64,000 nucleotides of DNA from Chitinophagales bacterium (GTDB taxonomy: Bacteria; Bacteroidota; Bacteroidia; Chitinophagales; CAIOSU01): contig JAGYJT010000009.1 of NCBI GenBank assembly GCA_018401955.1, positions 1,871-65,870 on the forward strand. The letters are read 5' to 3'. Numbering within the stretch: the stretch's first letter is position 1; each line of letters starts with the position of its first letter. The notes under the pieces were generated by a model. The model made no database searches. It saw nothing but the letters and a program-made list of their open reading frames with translations, and had not been told where the DNA came from. Below, piece after piece: positions 1-8,178 of this stretch. The translations under genes and the position numbers were made by a program.

Positions 1-1
1 A

Positions 2-337
2 GAAGATGGTGGTTTCTACACAGTGCGCACCGATGCTTACTGGCCTAACGATTACGGTCTGTACAACATGGCAGGTAATGTAAGCGAGTGGACTTCTAGC
101 TTCTATCACGAGAACTCTTATGGATTCTTCCATGACATGAACCCGGATATCCGTTATGATGCCGACGAGAACGATCCAATCGCCAAAAAGCGTAAAGTTA
201 TCCGTGGTGGTAGCTGGAAAGATGTAGCTTACTTCTTGCAAGTTAGCACTCGCCACTGGGAGTATCAGGATACCTCAAAATCTTATGTAGGTTTCCGTAA
301 CGTACTTACCTTCTTGGGTCGCTCAATTAACGACTAA
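2..337 (+). CDS. gldK: GldK/PorK-family lipoprotein, C-terminal fragment (5' part lies upstream of the window); SUMF1/FGE-type domain
   Basis: The frame is open from the window edge to the TAA at 335-337. Motifs NMAGNVSEWT, IRGGSW and VGFR are typical of the formylglycine-generating-enzyme fold. It is directly followed by gldL-gldM-gldN. Confidence 0.8.
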   Translation, partial: EDGGFYTVRTDAYWPNDYGLYNMAGNVSEWTSSFYHENSYGFFHDMNPDIRYDADENDPIAKKRKVIRGGSWKDVAYFLQVSTRHWEYQDTSKSYVGFRNVLTFLGRSIND

Positions 338-426
338 GAACAATTCGACAATAAAAGATTAAGCAAAAAAATACAAACAACGTTATTACTAACCTTTAAT
401 CACCCCAAATTAAACGCGTGTAAATT

Positions 427-1158
427 ATGAAAGGACTAGCACTTTTCTTTGAATCTGAAAAAGGCCAGCGGGTAAAGAACCTCATCATTGGTGTAGGTGC
501 ATCTGTTGTGTTGATGGGAGCACTTTTTAAGCTTCAATCTTGGCCGTTTGCGAGTGAGATGCTTATCGCTGGTATGTCAATTGAGGCTTTTATCTTCTTC
601 TTACAAGGTATACTTCCACCTCACGCCAACTACTATTGGGAGAAATTTTACCCAGGTTTGGATGTACACCCTCACTTGGACGAGAATGCCATCCACGCTT
701 CTAAAAATGCCGGTCCTAAAAAATCAGTAACCGAGCAATTGGATACCATGCTTGAAGGAGCAAATGTTGAAACCAAATTGATTGAGAGCCTTGGTCGTAA
801 CTTGGGTAAATTGGGTGATAACGTTGCTAAAATCTCTGAGATTGGTGATGCATCTATTGCTACTAATGAGTATGCTGTTAAAACCAAAGAAGCTATTGGT
901 GCTTTGGGCGAAATGAGCAATGCTTACGCACATGCTACTAGCTCTATTAAAGCCCTAGGTGACTCTACTGTTAAGTTCCAAGAGTACCAAGCACAGATTA
1001 CTGACGTATCTAAAAACCTTGCTGCTATTAATAGCATGTACGAAGTTGAGTTGAAAGACACTACTAGTAGCCTTAAAAACTTGAACAAGAACCTTGCAGG
1101 TTTGAACACAGTTTATGGCAACATGTTGGCTGCTATGACTATGCAAGCACCTAAGTAA
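427..1158 (+). CDS. gldL: Gliding motility / T9SS motor protein GldL (PorL)
   Basis: 243 aa. It has two N-terminal TM helices (ALFKLQSWPFASEMLIAGMSIEAFIFF, with the TM2 Glu) and a helical cytoplasmic tail. It sits between gldK and gldM. Confidence 0.85.
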   Translation: MKGLALFFESEKGQRVKNLIIGVGASVVLMGALFKLQSWPFASEMLIAGMSIEAFIFFLQGILPPHANYYWEKFYPGLDVHPHLDENAIHASKNAGPKKSVTEQLDTMLEGANVETKLIESLGRNLGKLGDNVAKISEIGDASIATNEYAVKTKEAIGALGEMSNAYAHATSSIKALGDSTVKFQEYQAQITDVSKNLAAINSMYEVELKDTTSSLKNLNKNLAGLNTVYGNMLAAMTMQAPK

Positions 1159-1206
1159 CATCTGCTGAATAAGCTTTTGGTTTTAACACTCAAAAAGAAC
1201 TAAACA

Positions 1207-2856
1207 ATGTCTATTCCTAAGGAACCAAGGCAGCAGATGATTAACATGATGTACCTCGTGTTAACCGCCCTGCTTGCCCTTAACGTTTCCGCTGAAGTAC
1301 TGAATGCCTTTAAGCTAGTAGCTGATGGCATGGACAACAGTAACACAGTGGTTGACGAGAAAAACAATACAGTACTTACCGTATTTTCTAGCGCTGCTGG
1401 AAAAGGTACTGCTGAGCAACAGCAGCTTTATCAATCTGCTTTGAAAGCAAAGGAGCTTGCCGATGAATTTGATAAGTATATTATCGATTTGCGCGAAGAG
1501 CTAGTTGCTGCAAGCGGTGGCTGGGTTGAAGGCACTACCGACGAGCTTAAAGTAATGAAAAACTATGATGGCCCAACCCGCTTGATGATTAAGCAAGGTA
1601 AGGGTAAAGAGCTTGAGCAACGTATCAAAGATATGGAAACTCAGTTGCTTGCTTTGCCAGGTTTGTCGCCATCAGATGTTGAAGCTTTGAAGGCTCAAAT
1701 TACTTTGACTACCGAATATAATGTTGCCAATGCTAAAAAGCTAGGTAAAAAAGATTGGGCAGCTTACCACTTCGATCACGTGCCAATTGTAGCGGTTAAC
1801 ACTTTGCTTTACAAATTCCAAGGCGATGCGGTTAACTCTTCAGGTCAGGTAATCGAAACCTTGTACAAGAAGATTGGTGAGATGAAGTATGACTTTGACC
1901 AACTTTCTGCTATGGTTTCAGCTCCTGCTAGCTATGTAATGAAAGGTGATCCGTACAATGCGAACATCTTTTTGACTGCTAGTACTTCAAGTGCCACGCC
2001 TAAAGTATACGAAGGTGCTTTTGATAAGAGCACTGGTGTATATGATGCGAATGGTAGTTTGAAAATTAAGTTGGATAAAAATCCGCTAGTAGGTGGTGGC
2101 AAACAAGTACCACAAGAGCAGATTGTAGGCGGCCAATGGCAGTTTAAAGATGCGAATACCGGTACTGCTGGTGAGCGTGTTAAAACTGGTGTGGTAGAAA
2201 TACCTAAGCCGGGCTCTCAGGGTCAGTTTGAGTACTACCCGTTCGAGTTCCGTTACAACGTTGCTGACCTTGGTGTAGCCGTTTCGCCTGATAAGATGAA
2301 CGTGTTTTACATTGGTGTTGACAACCCGGTAACCATTACCGTAACTGGTATGACTTCTGATAAAGTAAGTGCTAGCTTAACTGGTGGTATGGGCTCTATC
2401 AAGAAGGTATCGGGTAGTGAGTACACTGTAAACGTTAACAAAGTAGGTACTACTTCGGTAGCAGTTAGCGGCGTAGGCCCTGATGGCAAAACCAAGCAGT
2501 TGGATACCAAAGAGTTCCGTATTAAGCGTGTACCAGATCCGATTGCTAAGGTGGGTACCAGCTCAGGCGGTAAAGTACCTGCAGCACAATTTAAAGTACA
2601 GCGTGGCGTTATACCTGTATTGGAAGACTTCGTATTCGACATCAAATTCGTTGTTGTTAGTTTCGAGTTGACCTATGCGGCCAAACGTCAAGATTTGATT
2701 ACCAAGAAGGCTTCTTCGGGCGCCTTTACTGGTGAGATGATCGAGATGCTTAACCGCTCTAAACCTGGTGACGTGTTCTATCTTGATGAGGTTCGTGTAA
2801 AAGGACCGGATGGACAGATACGTAAGTTGCCAAGTATTGCATACACATTGATATAA
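1207..2856 (+). CDS. gldM: Gliding motility / T9SS motor protein GldM (PorM)
   Basis: 549 aa. The N-terminus KEPRQQMINMMYLVLTALLALNVS is the characteristic GldM anchor with a conserved Arg. The rest is a long periplasmic region. Operon position fits. Confidence 0.85.
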   Translation: MSIPKEPRQQMINMMYLVLTALLALNVSAEVLNAFKLVADGMDNSNTVVDEKNNTVLTVFSSAAGKGTAEQQQLYQSALKAKELADEFDKYIIDLREELVAASGGWVEGTTDELKVMKNYDGPTRLMIKQGKGKELEQRIKDMETQLLALPGLSPSDVEALKAQITLTTEYNVANAKKLGKKDWAAYHFDHVPIVAVNTLLYKFQGDAVNSSGQVIETLYKKIGEMKYDFDQLSAMVSAPASYVMKGDPYNANIFLTASTSSATPKVYEGAFDKSTGVYDANGSLKIKLDKNPLVGGGKQVPQEQIVGGQWQFKDANTGTAGERVKTGVVEIPKPGSQGQFEYYPFEFRYNVADLGVAVSPDKMNVFYIGVDNPVTITVTGMTSDKVSASLTGGMGSIKKVSGSEYTVNVNKVGTTSVAVSGVGPDGKTKQLDTKEFRIKRVPDPIAKVGTSSGGKVPAAQFKVQRGVIPVLEDFVFDIKFVVVSFELTYAAKRQDLITKKASSGAFTGEMIEMLNRSKPGDVFYLDEVRVKGPDGQIRKLPSIAYTLI

Positions 2857-2875
2857 TAGTAGAAAATTACAGGCT

Positions 2876-3712
2876 ATGAAACTTAATCGTTGGATATTGA
2901 CACTAGGAGTTGCTGTTGGCATGAGCTTTGGCCTTGCCGCACAAGCTCAAGTGCTTCCTGATGCGCCTCGCGATGGTGCTTATGACGAAGAAACCGTAGG
3001 AGAAAAAGGCATCATTGAATACGACCATATTCGTGATTCGGATGTTTTCTTCAAAATGCGTGTTTGGCGCGTTATTGATGCCCGCGAAAAGATGAACCTT
3101 CCTTTCAAATACCCGAAAGAAATGTTTATCAGCGTATTGCGTGACGCGGCTATTGAAGGTAGCATTAGTGTATACGATGCGATTGACGACGAGTTTACCC
3201 GCAAATTGACTACTGATGAGGTAGCTAAGATTGGTGGTGGTGAGCCCGACACGGTTTACGTGGTTGACCCGATTACTTACGAGGAGAAAATGGAAATTGT
3301 AACTCGTGAGTTTGACCCTACCAAGGTTAACAAGTTCCGTTTGAAAGAAGATTGGATTTTTGACATCGAAACGTCAACCTTGATTGTACGTATCTTGGGT
3401 ATCGCTCCGGTAATGGAAGTGATTGATGACCAAGGTAACTACCGTGGTGACCAGCCTTTGTTCTGGGTATACTACCCTGAAGCTCGTACCGTGCTTTCTC
3501 AGCACCAAGTGTTCAACCCTAAGAACGGTGGATCGCGCAACAGCTGGGAAGACCTTTTTGAGATGCGCTACTTTGCTAGCTACATCATCAAAAAAGAGAA
3601 CGTGTACGACCGTCGTATCCAAGATTACTTGGTGGGCGTAGATGCCTTGTACGAGTCGGATAACATTACCAACGAGATTTTTGACTTCGAGCAAAACCTT
3701 TGGGAATACTAA
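2876..3712 (+). CDS. gldN: Gliding motility / T9SS ring protein GldN (PorN)
   Basis: 278 aa with a signal peptide. It is the last gene of the gldKLMN block and starts only 19 nt after gldM. Confidence 0.85.
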   Translation: MKLNRWILTLGVAVGMSFGLAAQAQVLPDAPRDGAYDEETVGEKGIIEYDHIRDSDVFFKMRVWRVIDAREKMNLPFKYPKEMFISVLRDAAIEGSISVYDAIDDEFTRKLTTDEVAKIGGGEPDTVYVVDPITYEEKMEIVTREFDPTKVNKFRLKEDWIFDIETSTLIVRILGIAPVMEVIDDQGNYRGDQPLFWVYYPEARTVLSQHQVFNPKNGGSRNSWEDLFEMRYFASYIIKKENVYDRRIQDYLVGVDALYESDNITNEIFDFEQNLWEY

Positions 3713-3760
3713 GATTGCCTGTAACAATCGCAAATTAATACGGCTTCGGCCTTACAATAC

Positions 3761-3794
3761 AAGAGCAAGCTCCTTCGGGATGCTTGCTCTTTTT
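3761..3794 (+). terminator. Rho-independent terminator candidate after gldN
   Basis: Perfect 10-bp stem AAGAGCAAGC / GCTTGCTCTT with an 11-nt loop, followed by a T-run. Confidence 0.75.
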
Positions 3795-3811
3795 AGTTAT
3801 AAAGTATTGCC

Positions 3812-4080
3812 CAGCTTACACGTCATTGCGAAGGCACAGCATAGCTTACAAGTAGCGCGTCATTGCGAGGAATGAGGTTGCGGAGCAACTGAATGACGTG
3901 GCAATCCCCTGAGTCGATGGGCGGTGCTCATGCGCGCAATGATGTTTGTGTTTAATGTGTGTGGGCAGCGGTATAGATAATGCAGTGCTTATCGTAAGGG
4001 GATTGCTACAAAATGCCGACTCGTGAAAAACTCGTTGTCATTTTTCGCAATGACGGCATGCGGGTATTTGCAATGACGGG
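3812..4080. repeat. Composite nested inverted repeat (CGTCATTGCGA / TCGCAATGACG type)
   Basis: CGTCATTGCGA(A/G)G lies at 3821-3834 and 3858-3870. Inverted copies lie at 4045-4056 and 4068-4079. GCAATCCCCT at 3901-3910 faces AGGGGATTGC at 3997-4006. Confidence 0.8.
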
Positions 4081-4086
4081 TTGGTT

Positions 4087-5883
4087 TTACCCCTGATGAT
4101 AATGCTTAAACACCACCTCAGCCTTGGCTTTGCCTACTACGGCCATTAGCTCATCTTTGGTAGCGGCCTTTATCTTCTTCTCAGAGCGGAAATGGTTAAG
4201 CAACGCTTGGCTGGTTTTGTCGCCGATGCCCTCAATTTCAGTAAGGCCGGTTTTGAAGGTGCTGTTACTGCGTTTTTGCCTATGGAAGGTAATGGCAAAG
4301 CGGTGTGCTTCGTTGCGCAGTTGCTGTATGAGTTTAAGGCTTTCGGAGCGCTTATTGATGTACAGCGGCATCGGGTCTTCGGGGAAGTATATCTCCTCCA
4401 ACCTTTTAGCAATAGAAACTATGGCCAGTTGCCCACGGATGCCCAACTTATCAATGGCCGCCATGGTGGAGCTTAGCTGGCCTTTGCCGCCGTCAATTAC
4501 TACTAATTGGGGCAGAGGCTTCTCTTCGTCAATAAGGCGCTTATAACGCCTATAAACTACCTCCTCCATGCTGGCAAAGTCGTTGGGGCCTACTACGGTT
4601 TTAATGTTATAGTGGCGATAGTCAGCCTTAGCGGGGCGGCCGTTCTTAAAAACCACCATACTGGCCACCGGGTTGGTGCCTTGTATGTTGCTGTTATCAA
4701 AGCACTCAATGTGCACCGGTAGCTCGGTGAGCCTAAAGTCAGCTTGCAATTGCTCTAGCACCCGGTTGCGGCCCTTTTGGTAGTCACGCTTGTGTTGCTC
4801 CTCCAAAAACTTGCTCTTCATGAACATAGCGTTCTTAAACGAGAGGTCTACCAGCTTTTTCTTATCGCCAATTTGTGGCACGGTAATTTTAATATTCGGG
4901 TCGGGATATTCAATCGGGAACTGCACGTATACCTCCTTCGAGTCGCTATGCATTACACTCCTTATTTCATTAATAGCGAAGACCAGCATGTCCTCCTTCG
5001 TTTCATCAATATTAGTTTTTAGCTCCAGTGCACGGGTGTACACTATGGAGCCGTTCATTACCTTAAAGTAGTTCACAAAGGCGTGTTCCCCCTCTTCGGC
5101 AATGGTAAACACCTCCACATCATCAATACTTGGGTTAACCACCGCCGTGCGCGAGTTGAAGGTTTGCAGGGTTTCAATACGCTTTTTGGTTTCGGCTGCG
5201 GCCTCAAACTCCATGTTTTCGGCTTGCCGCTTCATTTGCTCTTTCAGCTCATTGAGCACTACGTTACTTTGCCCTTTCAGTATCTTAATAATGAGGGCTA
5301 TCTGCTCGTTGTAAGCAGCTTCGTCAAACAGGTTTTCGCAAGGGCCGGCGCAGTTGCCTATGTGATACTCTAGGCACACCCGGTATTTGCCGTTTTCAAT
5401 GGCCTTTTCGCTAAGGTTGAGGCTGCAAGTGCGTATCTTAAAGATTACCCGTATCAGCTCCAGTATACTCTCCACGCGCCTTACTGATGTATAAGGACCT
5501 AAATAAGTACTGCCGTCGTCAATATACCTGCGGGTAAGAAACACGCGCGGAAACCGCTCGTTTTTGATGCAGATAAACGGGTACGACTTATCATCCTTTA
5601 GTTGGATGTTGTATTTGGGTTGGTATTGCTTAATGAGGGAGTTTTCGAGCAGCAAGGCTTCTTGCTCGGTTTGCACTACCGTTACCTCAATTTTGGCAAT
5701 CTTGCGCACCAGCATTCTTAGGCGTGCGCTGTCGTGTTCTTTTTGGAAGTACGATGATACCCGTTTCTTAAGGTCACGTGCCTTGCCTACATATAATATA
5801 CGGTCTTGGTCGTCGGAGTAGCGGTATACGCCCGGCGAATGGGGTAGTGTAGGTTGCGCAGCTTTGAAGGCTTCATTACTCAT
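4087..5883 (-). CDS. uvrC: Excinuclease ABC subunit C
   Basis: 598 aa. It has an N-terminal GIY-YIG motif (GVYRY...ILYVGKA), a central UvrC domain and C-terminal helix-hairpin-helix segments. Confidence 0.95.
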   Translation of the reverse strand: MSNEAFKAAQPTLPHSPGVYRYSDDQDRILYVGKARDLKKRVSSYFQKEHDSARLRMLVRKIAKIEVTVVQTEQEALLLENSLIKQYQPKYNIQLKDDKSYPFICIKNERFPRVFLTRRYIDDGSTYLGPYTSVRRVESILELIRVIFKIRTCSLNLSEKAIENGKYRVCLEYHIGNCAGPCENLFDEAAYNEQIALIIKILKGQSNVVLNELKEQMKRQAENMEFEAAAETKKRIETLQTFNSRTAVVNPSIDDVEVFTIAEEGEHAFVNYFKVMNGSIVYTRALELKTNIDETKEDMLVFAINEIRSVMHSDSKEVYVQFPIEYPDPNIKITVPQIGDKKKLVDLSFKNAMFMKSKFLEEQHKRDYQKGRNRVLEQLQADFRLTELPVHIECFDNSNIQGTNPVASMVVFKNGRPAKADYRHYNIKTVVGPNDFASMEEVVYRRYKRLIDEEKPLPQLVVIDGGKGQLSSTMAAIDKLGIRGQLAIVSIAKRLEEIYFPEDPMPLYINKRSESLKLIQQLRNEAHRFAITFHRQKRSNSTFKTGLTEIEGIGDKTSQALLNHFRSEKKIKAATKDELMAVVGKAKAEVVFKHYHQG

Positions 5884-5895
5884 GCCAAGGGTGGC

Positions 5896-8172
5896 TTATG
5901 GGTTTGGGTTGTCCCATGCATCGGGTGTACCTGTGCTGTTGCCACCGGGTAGGGTATTGGCGGCATCACGATACCTTGAACAATCCAACTCAACAGGAAG
6001 TTTCCCAGGTGGCACGGCGAACTTGATGCTTTCAGAAAACGCCAACGATTTATCGGCATAAAGTTTTTGTGCAAAAAGGCCCCATATAGGCAAAGCCATA
6101 TTGGCGCCCTGGCCCAAAGCCGTACTGCGGAAACGCACTACACGGTCTTCACCGCCGGTCCACACGGCACCGATAAACTGTGGCGTAAAGCCCATAAACC
6201 AGCCATCGGTGTTATCGTTGGTAGTACCTGTTTTGCCACATACATCAGCGGTAAGTTTATAGCGGTAACGTATTCGCCCGCCCGAGCCATGGTTTACCAC
6301 ATAGCGCAACAGTTCTACCATTACATATGCTTGCTCTTCGCTCATTACATCGTGGCTTTCGGGCGATGTTTTGTTTAGCTCCAGCCCATCTTTGGTTTGT
6401 ATGGAGGTAATGTAATTGGGTTGCGTGTATATGCCTTTGTTGGCAAACACGGTATAGGCACCGGCCATTTCCCAAGCGGAAATATCCACTGACCCGAGGC
6501 TAATAGCAGGTACAGGTTCAATTGGTGCGGTTATACCCATTTCGCGCATCATCTGTATTACCACTTCTGGCCCCAGCTGCTTCATCAGGAAAGCTGAGCA
6601 CGTATTTTTTGATTTGGCTAAGCACTCAAATAACGTTAAGCGCTCGTTGCTATACTCGTCTGAGTTTTTAGGCGTCCAATTGTTATAGTCTTCAAAAGTT
6701 ACCGGGGCATCGGTTATTTTAAAGCAAGGCGAGTAGCCGTTTTCGATGGCTTTGCTGTAGATAAACGGCTTAAAGGTTGAGCCTACTTGCCTGCGGCTGT
6801 TTATATGGTCGTATTGAAAGTACTTATAGTCGGCACCGCCAACCCAGGCCATAATGCTGCCATCTTCGGGGTTTACTACCAAAAAGCCGGTTTGCAAAAT
6901 CAAGCGGTGGTAATAAATGCTATCATAAGGACTCATGAGCGTATCCATCTCGCCCTCGTGCGTAAATATTTTCATGCGCACAGGTTGCTTCATTACCTTC
7001 ATTATGGAGTCTTCACCAATACCCGATTCCTTCAAATCCAGATACCTATCGCTCTTTTTAACCAAGGCAATAAAGCGCTTCTTTTCCACGGGGTCGGCAT
7101 ATACATCTTTGTCTTTCCAGTGCTTAAAGAAGTCTTTTTGCAAGGCAGATAAATGCTCGTGCACGGCCGCCTCGGCATGGCGCTGTACTTTACTATGGAT
7201 GGTAGTGTAAATTCTTAACCCGTCGCGATAGATATCGTACTTGGTGCTATCCAGCTTCATGTTTTCGGGCTGGTTGGCCCATTTCATCATCTCTAGGCGC
7301 AATACCTCACGGAAATAGGTAGCAATACCCTCAGTGTGCGTGCTCTTTTGAAAGTTGAGTACTATTGGGCAATCGTTGGGGTTTGATAGGGTTTCTTTAG
7401 TGCTTTCATCAATAAAACCGTAGCGCTCCATTTGGTACAGCACAATATTTCTGCGGGCGGTAGAGCGCTCAGGGAAACGGCGTGGGTTGAACCTTGACGG
7501 GTTTTGCAACATGCCTACCAATACGGCAGCTTCTTCAATATCTAAATTGCCTACGTCTTTTTTGAAGTAGGTGTATGCGGCTGAACTGATACCAAAGGCA
7601 TTGTCGTTAAACTCAACGGTGTTGAGGTACATGGCCAAAATTTCTTCTTTGGTATATCGGCTCTCTAACCTAACCGCGATAACCTGCTCTTTTAGCTTCT
7701 GTTTTAAACGCTCCAACAAGGTGGTTGAACGCACGTGGAACAAGTTAGTGGCCAGCTGCTGGGTGAGTGTACTGCCGCCACCTTTACTTTGAAGCGTAAG
7801 CACACCCGATAAGGCGCGCATGATGGCCCTAGCATCAACGCCGGGGTGTTTTAAGAAACGAATATCTTCGGTGGCCAACAGCGCATTTACCAGGTTGGGC
7901 GAAAGCTGTTCGAACTTTACATTGGTGCGGTTTTGAGAATAGAATTTGCCCAATAAAACTGAATCAGAGGAGTAAATTTCGGTAGCCAGAGCGGTGTGTG
8001 GGTTCTCCAGTTCTTCAAACGTTGGCAAATCGCCCAACGCGCCTAATGATACCATCCAAAAAGTGAAGGGTATAAACAGTATCATTAGCAGAAACAGCAA
8101 CCAAAAACCGATTACCTGCTTATAGTATCGTTTCCAAAGGGCCTTATCAAAAAAGTAGTTTACAATAGCCAT
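5896..8172 (-). CDS. mrcA: Class A penicillin-binding protein (PBP1A), bifunctional transglycosylase/transpeptidase
   Basis: 758 aa with an N-terminal TM helix. The GT51 motif is EDIRFLKHPGVD. Transpeptidase motifs are STFKP, SxN and KTGTTND. Confidence 0.9.
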   Translation of the reverse strand: MAIVNYFFDKALWKRYYKQVIGFWLLFLLMILFIPFTFWMVSLGALGDLPTFEELENPHTALATEIYSSDSVLLGKFYSQNRTNVKFEQLSPNLVNALLATEDIRFLKHPGVDARAIMRALSGVLTLQSKGGGSTLTQQLATNLFHVRSTTLLERLKQKLKEQVIAVRLESRYTKEEILAMYLNTVEFNDNAFGISSAAYTYFKKDVGNLDIEEAAVLVGMLQNPSRFNPRRFPERSTARRNIVLYQMERYGFIDESTKETLSNPNDCPIVLNFQKSTHTEGIATYFREVLRLEMMKWANQPENMKLDSTKYDIYRDGLRIYTTIHSKVQRHAEAAVHEHLSALQKDFFKHWKDKDVYADPVEKKRFIALVKKSDRYLDLKESGIGEDSIMKVMKQPVRMKIFTHEGEMDTLMSPYDSIYYHRLILQTGFLVVNPEDGSIMAWVGGADYKYFQYDHINSRRQVGSTFKPFIYSKAIENGYSPCFKITDAPVTFEDYNNWTPKNSDEYSNERLTLFECLAKSKNTCSAFLMKQLGPEVVIQMMREMGITAPIEPVPAISLGSVDISAWEMAGAYTVFANKGIYTQPNYITSIQTKDGLELNKTSPESHDVMSEEQAYVMVELLRYVVNHGSGGRIRYRYKLTADVCGKTGTTNDNTDGWFMGFTPQFIGAVWTGGEDRVVRFRSTALGQGANMALPIWGLFAQKLYADKSLAFSESIKFAVPPGKLPVELDCSRYRDAANTLPGGNSTGTPDAWDNPNP

Positions 8173-8178
8173 AAATAA

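Noticed and set aside
3642-3875. 77-aa plus-strand ORF overlapping the gldN 3' end and the inverted-repeat element
   Set aside because: It overlaps gldN out of frame, crosses the gldN terminator, and ends inside the CGTCATTGCGA repeats (VIAKAQHSLQVARHCEE). This is a repeat-derived artefact.
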